From Mobula hypostoma (lineage: Eukaryota), in contig NC_086108.1 of NCBI RefSeq assembly GCF_963921235.1, positions 54,438,001-54,502,000 on the forward strand: a DNA stretch of 64,000 bases, written 5' to 3'. The notes under the pieces are model-generated. The model did not search any database. It was not told the origin of the DNA and saw only the letters and a program-made list of their open reading frames with translations. Every line of letters begins with the position of its first letter. Within the stretch, counting starts at the first letter, position 1. Of the stretch, positions 24,798-37,705 are shown in pieces. The position numbers and the translations under genes are program-made.

Positions 24798-26829
24798 CAC
24801 CTCTTCCTACAGATGCTGCCTGGCCTGCTGCGTTCACCAGCAACTTTGACGTGTGTTAATTATAACATATAGTTACAACAGTGCAACAATACCATAACTT
24901 GATGAAGAACAGGCCATGGCACAGTAAAAAAGTTCAAAGTCTCTTCAAAGTCCCACATCTCACACAGACGGGAGAAGGAAGAAAACTCTCCCTGCCATGC
25001 CTGACCACAGTCCGACTCTGAGTCGTCCGAAAACTTCGAGCTCCAGTCAGCCCTCTGACACCGAGTACCGAGCACCATCTCTGCCGAACGCTTCGACCTC
25101 AGCCTCGGCTGCCAGCAGCAGGCAAAGCTGGGGATTTTGGGGCCTTCCCTCCGGAGATTCTCGATCGCACAGTAGCAGCGGCAGTGAAATGGGCATTTCA
25201 GAAATTTCTCCAGATGTTCCTCTGAGCCTTCTCACGTCTGTCTCCATCAAATCAGAATTGTGCACGGCATCCTACTTACAAATCCGATATCATTTCACCG
25301 GAGAGCTGCGCGCGCTGCGTCACGCACTCTCTCTTCAAAATTCCTTGAAGATGGTTGGGTTGTGCCTTTGATGGAAATGGTTGAGTCTAAAATCCTCTGT
25401 ACTCTCTTGCATTGCAGCCTCCACACCAGGCTGTGATAAAAATCAGTCAGAATGCTCCCCACCATACCTTCAGAAAACTCTGCAAGAGTCTTTAGTGGCA
25501 GAGAGCTGCATGGTCAATGGAATACTTTTGCAGAAGTTACTGTTACATAAAGGAAAGACAGCAATTTGCATGGAGCAACTTTCTATCAGCAGCAACACAA
25601 AAACAACCAGAAATGAAGAGCTTCAGTCACAAATTCACAGCCTGATCAAATATGAGGTTATTGCAGAAGACCTCAGGAACAACATCCTCAAGACCAGACA
25701 GAACTCCGACAGTGTTCTAGTATAGGGGGATCTCCCTGGTCTCTGCCAGAGTGCGAGTTGTCACCAAGGTTCTTCTCAGCTCATTCCCCTCTGCGGTTGA
25801 AGAGCTGCTCCTCAAATCACAGTCTAGCTTCCTTTCATCCAGAGTTCCAGTGGACATGATGGTGATTGGGAAACAGAACCAAGAAGAACAAGATGAAGAA
25901 GAAAACAACCAAGTAAATTTGGGGATTAATTATAGCCAAGGCACCATGGAAAATGCCATTTGTCTTCTTTCAAATAGCGCTACATGATTTTCCCAACCTC
26001 CTGAGAGAGTCCTTACACATTGATAAAGATTTGAAACAATACCTCCATAGCATGAGGTAGGAAATAAGGCAATGCTGGTGTTTATATTACTCCAAACTAA
26101 ATTTTCTGCAACTCAGGTTAACAATGCATAAGCACTGCATTTAGCCATTTTGTTTGACCTCTTACTGAAAGTTCGACTCACTACCGATGCATTTATTATT
26201 GGAACAGATGCTACATTTTGGAAAGTGCATAGAAGAATCAAGCTGCTGCTTTGCAAAGGCAGCAAAGGAAAACCACTGAACCTTTCAAACCAATTGTTCA
26301 GGTAGACCACAAAACAGGCCTTGTATGTCACAGGCTTGTTCCCAAAGTTTGCTACTTATCAATGAGCTCAGGTGAAAGCAATGGTTGCCAAGAAAATAAT
26401 TTAATTTGCTGCTGGAGAGCGGGGAGATGGGGGCACGGCACAGAAGGACACAATTCATTAAAGCTTTAGTTGGTATCCTGAGCTGTTATAAGTGTAATTA
26501 TAAGTGAAATGTTTGAAATGGAAATTTCCACCAAAAGTAATCTCAATTTCGCAACTATATTGAAAGGAACCACTTTACACCTTAAAGCAAGCCGGCGATT
26601 ATCCCAGGGACTCTTATCAGAACTTCAGCACTCCTGATGGATCAAGGGAAAAGGCTTGACCTTAAATTATGATTAAACTACCTTTAGTTAAAGCAAATAC
26701 AATGGAACTGCTAAATACCAAAAAAGATCAGAGAACACATTGCTGTACTTTGTTCACAAAACAAACACTGGTCATTGCACAAGATGCATGAAATAGTTTA
26801 ACTGCAGAAACGCAGCAGGGAATTTGCAT

Positions 26830-27900
26830 GCAAAATCTGATAACTGATGATGGTAGGACAATGGATACTGTCTACAGTAAAGCACTCAACAAAATCCTCT
26901 GGTAGGCTGATCCAGAAGATTAAGACAAATGGGATCCACAGAGATTTGGTAGATTAGATTCAAAATTGGTTTGTCCACAGAACATGAGAGTAGGGGTGAA
27001 GGAATGCTGATGTGACTGAAGGCATCAGACCAATGGATGAAAATGGAGGTGGGCAGGTTTGTAAATTTGCAAATGAAAAGAAAGTTGGCAAAGTTGGGGG
27101 AAGTGAGAAATGCTGTCAGAGGATACAGCAGACTTGGAAAAGTAGGCACACGGAACTTAATCCAAACGAGTGAGAGTGTTACACTTTGGGAGGTTAAATG
27201 CAAGAGGAAAGTATACAATAAATAGCAGGTTCCATGGAAGCAACACAAGTAGGCAGGGTAGTAAAGAAGGCAAACGGCATACTTGTCTTTATCAGTCAGG
27301 ATACTAAGCAGAAAAGTAGGGCAGTCACATTGCAGCTCTATAAAACTTTGATTAGGCCACATTTGAAGCCACCGTGCAGGATGAGGAGGCTTTCCAGACA
27401 GTGGAGAAGTAGTTCACCGGGATTTGCCTGGTTTGCCAAAAGAGTTTCATTTGCTCTGTTGAGCTAGCAGACGGGATGTGGCGCAGACACACAGAAGTCA
27501 CTGAAGTTTCAGTTGGTGTGCTGAAATTACAGATGAACCAGTAAATTAAATGCTTGAAATGGTAGTTTCTACCATTAGTAATAAACTTGCATTCTCTGTC
27601 ATGGTTTGGAGGGTGAAAGGCAATCTGCTAGAAGTATATATATAAAAAAATTACAAGATGTACAGATAGGGATTTTTTTTTTCCACACACAGCGGTAGCT
27701 GGCTGGTGCATGCTCACTGGAGAGGTGAAGGAAGCAGATACAAGAACAACATTTAAGAGGCTTTTATACAGCCAAGTGAATGTGCAGGGGATGGAGGGAG
27801 TTTGACCAGATGCAGGCAGATCGCAATAATTTAAAAGGCACCGCGGTCAGCACAGACATTGTGGGCCAAAAGGCCTGTTCTTACAAAAGAACAGTGCAAA
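26830..27900 (+). mobile_element. Degraded CR1 LINE
   Basis: QVGRVVKKANGILVFISQ...LQLYKTLIRPHL motif. Confidence 0.75.
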
Positions 27901-29311
27901 CAACAGAAATATATGTCTGTAATGGTTAACATCAAGAGGCAGAGGACAAAGGACACAGGCAGTGGCCTGGACTTGCTTCTCCAGACTATGTAAACAGTGA
28001 AGCTGGCAGCGCCAGGTGCATTGGTAGGCCTATCCCACTGGAACTCTGCCAATTGTGGTTTGGTTTCCTAGGGATGAGAAAAAGCACCAAATATGACTGG
28101 TCACCGAAACACACAACTGTGAAAATGTGCTCCCAGTTGTTGGAATGGATTGCTCAGATTTGGTGACGCAAACTGACTTTGGCTGCACTTCTGCTTGTTA
28201 ATATCCAGTTCGCAGACACCTTTGCACCAAATATTCAATAGTTTCTGCTCCTGGAATTATTCCTGATACCAAGTTTTATCCCAAAGCATTCCCTCAGACA
28301 CCGATCCCTCAAACATTCAAAACGATGAGGAAATACCCAGAACTAACTCAGTTCTACAAGAGTGTAGCTTACACCAGGGAACTGTAATGTAAGCAGGGAT
28401 AGTTGCAGGAATTTCAATTTGTTGACTTTTGGAGGAATGCCCACATATTTATAACTGGTTTCTCTTCTTTCCACACTCTCCCAGTAAATATTGTAAATGT
28501 AGCTGAACAGTATCAGAACATGCTCACCTACACTTTGAATATCACTAAAATGTTAATTGGAACCTAAAGCAATCATGTACTCTTCCTATGCTCTCTTTAT
28601 ACAATTCGTTTAATTCATTCAATACTCAGACCATTAAATAACAGTAGGTTATCTAATATAACCTAAGAGAGAGTGATAAATTGTGGCTAACTACACAGGC
28701 TAAACAAAAAGTCATGGCATCTTAGCAAAAATTGGTGCAACTCCTCTAAATTGCTCTATTACTGTTCAGGTATCTCTCCATAAACGAGAGATGAATAGAC
28801 ATTCGATTGGCATGGAGAACACAAGGCAGGTAAAACTTTGTGCAACTTCAATGGCCACGTGTGCTATTGCTTTCAATAGCCCTTAATCATTTCTACAGCT
28901 GCTTATTATTTATATGACTTGGGTTTCTGAGTTTCCTCTCTTGGTCACTCTGGACTCCAAATATGTTTCTCTGCATGATGACCAACAGGTTTCCATGTCA
29001 AATTCAGTTTAGCCACAATTCAAGCTTTTTCTTCTTGGATTGTGAAAGAAAGAGGAAAAGCACCATCTCACTTCTGATTACCAGCCTATTATTCCTGTGG
29101 AATGCGATGCCTATCTACATAAAGGACCAGTCTGACCTCATGAGCATCACTGTCCAAGGCAGTACCTTACTGAGTGTGACACAAAAACCTGCTGGCATAG
29201 CTGAATGCAGTGGGCATTGAGACAACAACACTCTTATTCAGGAGGAAATTACGGACTTTGTTCTATAGATGAAATGAGCTGCCAGAGGAAGTAATTGTGC
29301 CAGGTACATTC

Positions 29312-30680
29312 ATCTTCTTCCTTCTTCGGTTGTCCTTCGAAATCCGATGACGACGTCCACTCCTTTAACGGTGAGATCTTTGATGACTATACAGTCCTAT
29401 CCAGGACCCACAAGCTCTATTGCAGGTGGGACATGTATATGTAGTAGTGGTGGCAACCATGGCTGCATTTCTCCTGGCTCTCTTCTGCCGTCTTCTGGTT
29501 GTTCTTTCCATCTCCAGAATACGAATCCTGTCCCTACATTGCTGTGGGATGTTCTCATCAGTCCAGGCCTTTGTGATGTACTAGTAGAGTGTGTGCATAC
29601 ACATGTACCCTCCATTCTTCAGTAACTCAGCAGGGATATTGTCAGTGCCAAGGGACTTGTTGTTCTTAAGGGAATGGACAGCTGACAGAACCTCCTGCAA
29701 GGTTGGTGGTAGACTGAGGTTGTGGATAGGAGGAAGTTCAGGCAGTTCGTCCAGGATGGTGGGGTCTGCGTCAGAGTCCTGATTAAGCAGGGTGTTAAAA
29801 TGCTCAGCCCACCTCAGCAGAATTGTATTCTGATTCATCAGAAGTGTTAGACTATCTGCTGTTTCCAGGGGAGTAACACATCGATTTATTGGGCCGTAGG
29901 TGGTTTTGACAGCATTGTAAAAATTATGCATGTCATTATTATCAGCAAAGAACTGGATTTCGTGTGCCTTTTCAGTCCACCACTCATTTTGTATGCCCGT
30001 ATTGCCTTTTGCACTTTCCTCCGAGCTGCCTGCCAATGCTGCTCGATGCTGGGGGATGACGGGTAGTCTAAGGTTGCCCAGTGTGCTTTGTGCATGTCCT
30101 TAAGTAAGTTGTGCATGGTGTCTGGGTTATCGTCAAACCAGTCTTGGTGGTTCCTGCTCTTATGGCTGATGGATTGGGCTGCTGCCTCATAGAGTGCAGA
30201 GCTGATATAGGTCCACTGTTGTTCCATGGTATTTTCTGAGCTCAGACAAGGTTCCAGCTCCCTTAGTTTCTCAGCTAGGATGCGTCGAAACTCACTTCTT
30301 GCTTCTGTGTTTCTCAGGCGGTTGCAATTTAGCCGCTTTTTATTGGGTTTTTGCAGCCGCAAGGGGGGATGCACTTTCATATGCAGCTTGGCCACAATCA
30401 TACGGTGGTCAGTCCAGCACTCTGCACCTCTCATGGCACGGGTGATAAGAAAATCCTTGATGTCACTATGTCTCACAATGATGAAGTCTATCATGTGCCA
30501 ATGTTTAAAGCGAGTGTGCATCCACGAGGTCTTATATTTTGCCTTCTGCTGGAAGATGTTGGTTGAAGGTGAAGGTGTTGGTTATGGTAAGGTTATGCTC
30601 GGAGCAAACAGTAAGTAGCATCATGCAATTTGCATTCACCTTGTCAATACCATGCCTACCTAGCACTGCACTCCAGGTAT
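29312..30680 (-). mobile_element. RTE-clade LINE, internally deleted (APE endonuclease end + pre-RT region)
   Basis: KHWHMIDFIIVR...TRAMRGAECWTDHRMI; DWFDDN; RWAEHFNTLLN; GTDNIPAELLKNGG; (GAA)n tail. Confidence 0.9.
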
Positions 30681-30939
30681 ATTAACAACATTTAAAAGGC
30701 ACTTAAACACTTAACAAGGATAGAAAAAGGTTGTAGGGATATGGGACAAAGGCAGGAAAATGGGACTAGCTTAGCTGAGCATCTTGTAGGCTTGAACTGG
30801 TTGGGCCAAAGGGCTCGTGCCCTTGTTCCTGACACACAAGGTCCATAATTTCCTGCTGAATAAGAGTGTTGTCATCTCAATGCCCACTGACTCTACAAGT
30901 CCAGTGATCTGAGTTCTGTTTCACCAAAGTGAAAATGGT

Positions 30940-31755
30940 GCAGATTATTGAAAGTGTCCCAGCCCAGTAATTCAACAGTGAGAGTTCCTCACGGCAGTGT
31001 CCGTGGCCCAACCATCTTGTGTCCTTTGATCAATGATCTTCCGTTTATTAAGAGATCTGAACTGGATATGTTCCCTGATGGTTGCACAATTTTTAATTCC
31101 AGTTACAGCTCCTCAGCAAATGAAGCAGATCAGGTCCACATGGAGCACATTTGAGACAATGGAGCTGATAAGTGGCAAGTATTGTTCATGCCACAAAAAT
31201 ACCAGGCTCTAACCCTCCCCAAAAGAGAGTCTCACCATCTACCATTGACATTGAAAGGCATTACAATTATCAGCTCTCCTATGATCAATGTTCTAGCATC
31301 ACCAATGACTGAAAACTCAACAGCATTAACCATAAAAAAATTGTGACCACAAGAAAAAGTCAAAAGCCGGGTACTCCATAGCAAATACATCACCCCCTGC
31401 GAGCCAGCATCCATCAAGTCTGTGATGGAAACATTTCAGTTGCCTAGATGAGTAGAGCTACAGCACAACTCAAGAAACCATCCAAGACAAAGAAACCTGC
31501 CCAACTGGTAGCCCATCGACTACCCTGAACTTTCATTCTCTCTACCTCAGCACACAGTAGCTGCAGCATGTACCAGCTACAAGATGTACTGCAGTTACTG
31601 TTCAGCTTCCCCCTCACGCCATTCAACTTCTCCATTTGAAAAAGCACCATTCCTTCGTTGACGCTTGACCTAAATCCTACAAGCTTCTCAAGTGCAATGG
31701 GGAATGAATGCTAGCTTTGGCATCAACGGCCCTGATAATGAAAAATAAATAAATA
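30940..31755 (+). mobile_element. Old CR1/L2-group LINE fragment
   Basis: VPHGSVRGPTILCPLINDLP...MFPDG RT remnant. Confidence 0.6.
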
Positions 31756-31892
31756 AAGCCCGCACATGTAAAGTAGCCAATAAAACAACAGAAAACAACA
31801 GCTATTGGGAGAGGAAGAAAAAGCATTCCCATGGAAATTTAATGAAATATGTATTCTAAAGCATCGTTTCCAAAAAAATAATGAATTCCTAC

Positions 31893-32016
31893 CTCATCCG
31901 ATAATGCAACAATAGGGCTGTTTTGTCATCAACTTTGAAGGTGTGATTTGGAGGAAACCATAGTCTTTTATTTGGATCATACAACGCAAAGAGATTCTGG
32001 CATAATGGAGAAATAC
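31893..32016 (-). CDS. JAK1: JAK1 coding exon (124 nt), [41 protein letters not shown]
   Basis: Close match to JAK1 FERM F1 lobe; ttttcag|GT acceptor; AG|gtagg donor; phases 1 to 2. Confidence 0.97.
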
Positions 32017-32096
32017 CTGAAAAAGAAAAATTCAAAATGTTACCTAAAGCACAAAATGAAATCCGGCAAACAATGTAATATTGACTACAACAATCA

Positions 32097-32860
32097 CTAA
32101 TACTACTACATCGACTCAGGCCTAGGGGGCTGGCATCAGACACGATGACGGACTCTCCACTTCTCCCTCTCCCTCATCAGTGTGTTCAGTTCATCTACAC
32201 TAGCCGTGCTACTGTCTCCTAGGAGCTTGTTGACCATAGTCTTGGGAGGGCGCCCAGGGTTCATCCTCCTGTGCTTGAGCTCCCATATGATGACTAGGCT
32301 GGCAGGTAGCTCGGGTTGGCGTAGACACTGCCCCGCTAGTTGCAGTCTTCTCGCCTCAATTTTAATGGTGAGCATCGGTAGGTTCTTATACAGCTCGACG
32401 TTCGTCATGTGCTGTTGCCAACTCACATCAAGAGCCATCGGGAGTATTCGTGTATAGCAACCATCTAGAGACTTTCACATCATCTTGGTGAGTGTCCATG
32501 TCTTGCATCCGTACGTGAGAATGGACTCTATGACTGCTATGAAAATCCTCTTTTTAAGCCCTCTGGTCAGGTTCGACTTCCAGATTTCCTTCATGTCGTT
32601 CATAGCCCTCCACGCCAGTGCCTTCCGTATCTTTATGTCCTTCTCTGAACTCATCATTCTTGACCCGAGGTACTTGTAGTCAAAGACTTCCTTAATGGTA
32701 TCATTCTTTACGTCTTGAGAGTACCTTCGTCGCAGTTAAACACCATGTACTCTGTCTTTTTAGCGTTTAGGTGAAGTCCAACTTTATTGCACTCAATTTC
32801 CACTTTTGTCAGTAGCTGCTGTGCTTCCTCCATCTGGTCAGAGAGCAGGACTATGTCATC
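32097..32860 (-). mobile_element. RTE-like LINE 3' fragment with (TAG)n tail
   Basis: DDIVLLSD...GLHLNAKKTEYM; FDYKYLGS; ESILTYGC; same family as 15826-16270. Confidence 0.9.
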
Positions 32861-33204
32861 TATGTCAATCAAATAATAATTTAACATTTTCAAATGAATG
32901 AAAATAGAGATAGTAATAAAGGTCTTTCAGTCTGCCATGCCCAACTCCTTTCCACCAACCACCCAAAACAAGATTGATTTTTTTTTTTGCCCCTTATCTA
33001 GGCTTTTGGCAACATTTCTCACACCCATAATTTTCATGGCCAAAAAAGACAAAGGCAGAAAATATGTGGGAACACAATTAACTCCAAGACACGCACCATC
33101 TTGAGTGGGCATATTTCTGCAATCTGTTTCTGTAATTGGTTGAATACCTTGGAGTTCACTGCAACACATATCACCATCTTATTAAGGGCAGTTTGATGCC
33201 AGAA

Positions 33205-33430
33205 GATCATAAGATATAGGAGTAGAATTAGGCCATTTGGCCCATAGAGTCTGCTCCGCCATTTCATCATGGCTGATCCACTTTTCCTCTCAGCCGCAAT
33301 CTCCTGCCTTCTCCCTCTATCCCTTCATGCTCTAACCCATCAAGAATCTATTAACCTCTGCCTTAAATATACATAAAGATTTGGGCTCCACAACTGCCTG
33401 TGGCAAAGAATTCTGCAGATTCACCACATT
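33205..33430 (-). mobile_element. CR1 3' end fragment
   Basis: cataagatataggagtagaattaggccatt tail; VVNLQNSLPQAVV remnant. Confidence 0.7.
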
Positions 33431-34295
33431 CTGGCATCAATTTTCCAGTATGTCCACAATCTAAATGAGCTTGAATTTTCAGATTTCTCCTATACCTATT
33501 ATGTTCGTGTTCAGCTTGCACTCAGATATCGAAACTAAAAACAGTTTGCGCATGCAGCTACAAGTGGAAACAATGGAAAAGTGGGCAGGCAACAGATGTT
33601 GTTTCCCATTTCGGCAAGCAAGCAACTAATTTGGACTTAGCAAATAAATGATGGTAGAGGTGTAATTAATAACCTGGTATATAGCAATCAGGGTAAAGTC
33701 ATGTGCCCTCTTTTAGCAGGGCCCATCTTGTTCCAAGTCAAACTCCGATCACAATTCATAAAGATTTTGATTTCAAATATATTTCATGGAAGAACATTCA
33801 ACATTAGCCTAAGAGTATTGCCTACCTACAAAAATATTAGAAATATTGAGTGGTCTCCAAAATTCAAAGTTACCTACATCAGTAAGAAAGGGACTGCCAA
33901 CATTATACTGACTAACAATTTGGAAATATCGAGAATCAACTAATGTCACATGATCACCTAACAGTACAATAAATGTTCAAACAAAAAGAAGAAAGCACTG
34001 CTAACACTGTCTGTTTCTATTTAAAGGTAGGCAGCCAATTACAAGAATTGCTGATGTGGCTATTCCTTTTCCAACTGAGCAAAAAAAATTTCATTTAGAT
34101 AAATCAGCAGCAGAGACATTGACAGGACAAGTTTGATTTCCAATTTTATCCCTTCAGAATTATCGTGGGAGATTACATCAGAATTGGATTGGAATTTGAT
34201 GATCCATAAAACAACATGACTGAGAGAATGATGCAAGAGACCACTTCCTTTCTTATGTTCATGTATTCTTGGAATACAGCATTTTTTTTTCTTAC

Positions 34296-34461
34296 CACAT
34301 TTCTTGGCAGCTTCAATGCACAAATCCTCAGCTGTATGCTCGCCCTCTTGACATTTGATGATTGAATTGTTTACATATCTGAACACTTCCATGCCTTTAT
34401 TGGGAACTACCGGCTGCATCTGCAAGATATACGATTTGCTTTTTTTCAAGCAGAAGTCCAT
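34296..34461 (-). CDS. JAK1: JAK1 first coding exon (exon spans 34487-34296; ATG at 34461), MDFCLKKSK...GEHTAEDLCIEAAKKC
   Basis: Translation resembles the JAK1 N-terminus (MAFC...GEYTAEELCIRAAQAC); acceptor tttatag|GATC at 34488/34487; donor TGTG|gtaag at 34296/34295, phase 1. Confidence 0.9.
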
Positions 34462-34929
34462 CACATAGGTCTATTTTCATTTAGATCCTATAAAACAAAT
34501 ACCAAAATGTTATTTCGTTTAAAAACACAAAGTGAAATTGCAACAGAAACTAGGATGAGTTTGGTTTAGTGCACTACTTTTGCAACCTAAGGCAGCAATG
34601 TTAATTGATGAAATTCTGCATACATTGCAAAGGACTTGGCCAATTTCATTGTCCGCTGAAGTCTGTGCAGAGCATATCAAGCAAATTGTAAAAACTAACT
34701 ATCCACTCAAGTGTGGACTTTCGACCCTGAAAGTCAGATTAATTTCTTGCAGTTAATTCTCATTTTAGTTTACTTAATTTTGGATGGTTTAGAAGACAAA
34801 GGCTGTAGATGAATATATCACCTGGATAACATTGCATTGCCTCCCAGAATGCGAAACACAAAGGACCACTGAATTGCAGCAAATCAAAATACCAAAATAT
34901 TTTTCCTAGCTGGTTGTATTATGAATCAT

Positions 34930-36065
34930 AAGCACAAGAGATTCTACAGATGCAGATGCTGGCAATCCAGAGCAGCACACACAAAATCCTGGAGAAACTC
35001 AACATCTATGGAAATGAGTAAATATTTTGGGCCAAGGCCCTACGTTGGGACCGAAAAGGAAAGGGAGAAGAAGCCAGAATAAAAAGTGAGGGAGGTGGAG
35101 GTGGAGGGGAAGGAGTACAAGCTAGAAGGTGATAGGTGAAGCCAGAAGGGTGGAGGAGAAGCTGGGAGATGATAGGTGGAAAAGGTAAAGGGCTGGAGAA
35201 GAAAGAATCAGATAGGGGAGCGCATTGAGAGAGGGAGAGGGGGGAGAGGGGGGGGAGAGAGGGGGGAGAGAGGGGGGGGAGAGAGGGGGGGAGAGAGGGG
35301 GGGAGAGAGGGGGGGGAGAGAGGGGGGAGAGAGGGGGAGAGAGGGGGGGAGAGAGGGGGGGAGAGAGGGGGGAGGGGGGGAGAGAGGGGGGAGAGAGGGG
35401 GTGGAGAGAGGGGGTGGAGAGAGGGGGGAGAGAGGGGGAGAGAGGGGGAGAGAGGGGGAGAGAGGGGGGAGAGAGGGGGGAGAGAGGGGGGAGAGAGGGG
35501 GAGAGAGGGTGAGAGCGGGTGAGAGAGGGGGAGAGGGGGGAGAGGGGGGGAGAGGGGGGAGAGAGGGGGGAGAGAGGGGGGAGAGAGGGGGAGAGAGGGG
35601 GAGAGAGGGGGGAGAGAGGGGGGAGAGAGGGGGAGAGAGGGGGAGAGAGGGGGAGAGAGGGGGAGAGAGGGGGGGGAGAGGGGGGGAGAAAGGGAGGGAG
35701 AAAGGGAGGGAGAAAGGGAGGGAGAAAGGGAGGGAGAAAGGGAGGGAGAACAGACACCTGGGGGAGGTGATAGGCAAGTGAAGATAAGAGAAGAGGCAGG
35801 GGGAGGGTGCAGAATGGGGAATTGGAGAAGAGAAGGGGAATGAGGGAAAATTATTTGAAGCTGGAAAAAAAACTGGTGTTCATGCCATCAGGTTGGAGGC
35901 TAACCAGATGAACTACAAGGTTTGCTACTCCAACTGGAGAGTGGACTTATCATGGCGGTAGAGGAGGCGATGGAACAACATATTGAAATGGGAATGGGGA
36001 TTGGAATTAAGATGGATTGCCAGCGGGAAATACTCCTTTTTGCAGATGGAGCAAAGGTGCTCAAC
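34930..36065 (-). mobile_element. Penelope-like 3' fragment containing an expanded G/A-rich repeat
   Basis: Same terminus and purine-rich UTR as other copies; EN C-terminal remnant at about 35860-36040. Confidence 0.75.
35227..35749. repeat. About 520-bp polypurine (G4-7 AGAGA)n tract followed by (GGGAGAAAGGGA)x5
   Basis: Directly visible; source of the spurious G/E/R- and P/L/S-rich ORFs. Confidence 0.98.
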
Positions 36066-37705
36066 GTCACATCAGGGATTGCAAAACACCAGACCATTTT
36101 ATTTGACAAAAGAAATTTGAAGAGTAACTGCAAACACCCCTCCGCCCCCCACCACAAACCTGAAAGCGAGGCTACAGTAATATCTTACAGCCCACAACTA
36201 GGTCCTCCATCCACCAAGTCCACACAATCCATTTGCAGTTTGTACAACAGTGATACAAGAAACTGCAGATGCTGGAATCTGGAGCAACACACAAAGCTCT
36301 GTAGGATCTCTGCTGAGTTACTTCAGTGCTTTCAGTGGTGCAATAGTTTAATGCAACTTCTATTCTTCAATCCACGTTGACTCTGCTCAGACCAATTACT
36401 CTGTCCTAACTACTCTCATGCAGCTTTCTTACAAGATTCTAGCCCTGTTTAACCTCTCCCTCTTTTCTTGAATAGAGGGCTTATATTTACTGTTTCGATC
36501 CAATAGAATTTTCTGGAATTGATACTGTTTTCAGAAATGACATTAAGAATATCTACTTATCCCATTGCCACCTCTTACAAAACAAAACGATGCAGGCTTC
36601 CAGATCATGGGAATGTATCATATTTCAAACCCCTTAATACATCCAATTCATTTTTTTTTAAACTTATGATAACTTCCAACAGCTTCTCATTCACTATAGA
36701 CCTGCTCTTCACCACTATTTCCAGAAGATTTTGTATGTCATCTTCGGTAGAGGCAGGTGGTGGATGATCACATGACCATCTGGAGCATATCGCAAGTCCT
36801 GGATATGCGATCACAGTCTCTGAAGATAATTGATAATGGCTGGGGTCACCTGTCTTGCAAAGGCACTGCCCAGAAGGCGGCAATGGCAAACTACTTCTGC
36901 AGAAAAACCTGCGAAGAACCATCATGGTTATAGAAAGACCACGTTCAGCTACATCAAACAACACGGCACGGCAGAGCACATATCAAATGAACAAACGATT
37001 TATCTGCCATTTTCCTACTCCACAATATAATTTTTACCACTTCACTCTGTAAAAGACCTATATTAACATTAGCTAATCTTCCCCATTAACACTTTAGAAG
37101 CTTTTACAATTTACTTCCATGCTTTTTGCTAGCTTTGATTGGACTATATCTTACTTTGGTTTCTCAGTGACTTTATCCTTCTCTGCTGATCCGTGGATAA
37201 TGATCTTTTTGGTGAGATTATAAGCTTTTTCCTTTAATCCAATATTTCTAAGCTCTCATGACTGGACATGCTCCCTACTGGACTATCATACACAGCTCTT
37301 TCAGCCTCTGCAAGGCCAAAGGTCAAAGCTGTAAACCGATTCATTTTGCTGCATTCTTTCCAATATGTGCAGCTGGTCAAGATTAGTCAAATAGAACCAG
37401 AGCCCTGTTTGCCAGAATGGAACCCAGCAAATCTTGTCACATTTTCAAGCACTCGTACTGGGAAATCGGGCCAGCAAGCCTGATTCTGTGCAAGTTTAGT
37501 AGAGCCATTAATATTAGTAGGAAGAAAACAGTTCAGGAAAGAAGCACAAACACAAAATTCAATTTTGTTTTGTCTTAACTCAGGTGAGTCAAGTATGTTT
37601 GTCACCCAGCTTTCACTTTTTATGTTATAAATTCATAGAGATTTTAATAACTTTAATTTGCCACAGACACTCAATCTCAAAAACAGCATTAATAACTAGT
37701 AAAAT

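Larger units (their letters stand above)
24454..24856 (-). mobile_element. Young Penelope-like insertion: inverted arms around captured host DNA, 15-bp TSD taattataacatata
   Basis: TSD at 24439-24453 and 24857-24871; arms 24489-24588 and 24758-24857 are near-perfect reverse complements. Confidence 0.85.
24017..25500 (-). mobile_element. Nested retroposons: old Rex1-like 3' end, hosting a younger element (about 24297-25340, TCTAA-type tail), which hosts the PLE insertion
   Basis: Outer LINE sequence breaks at 24296 and resumes at about 25341; ttagattagatta tail. Confidence 0.6.

Noticed and set aside
25500..25990. ORFs of 78-114 aa as a possible nested gene
   Set aside because: No recognisable domain or exon structure; faint resemblance to a very old RTE remnant only.
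34060..34295. Read-through part of the 134-aa ORF beyond the JAK1 donor
   Set aside because: No JAK similarity after the strong gtaag donor; treated as chance open intron.
7045..34461. Assignment to TYK2/JAK2/JAK3 instead of JAK1
   Set aside because: Residue-level matches ([30 protein letters not shown]) are JAK1-specific.
35122..35781. Long G/E/R-rich and P/L/S-rich ORFs (up to 211 aa)
   Set aside because: Translations of a stop-free low-complexity repeat.
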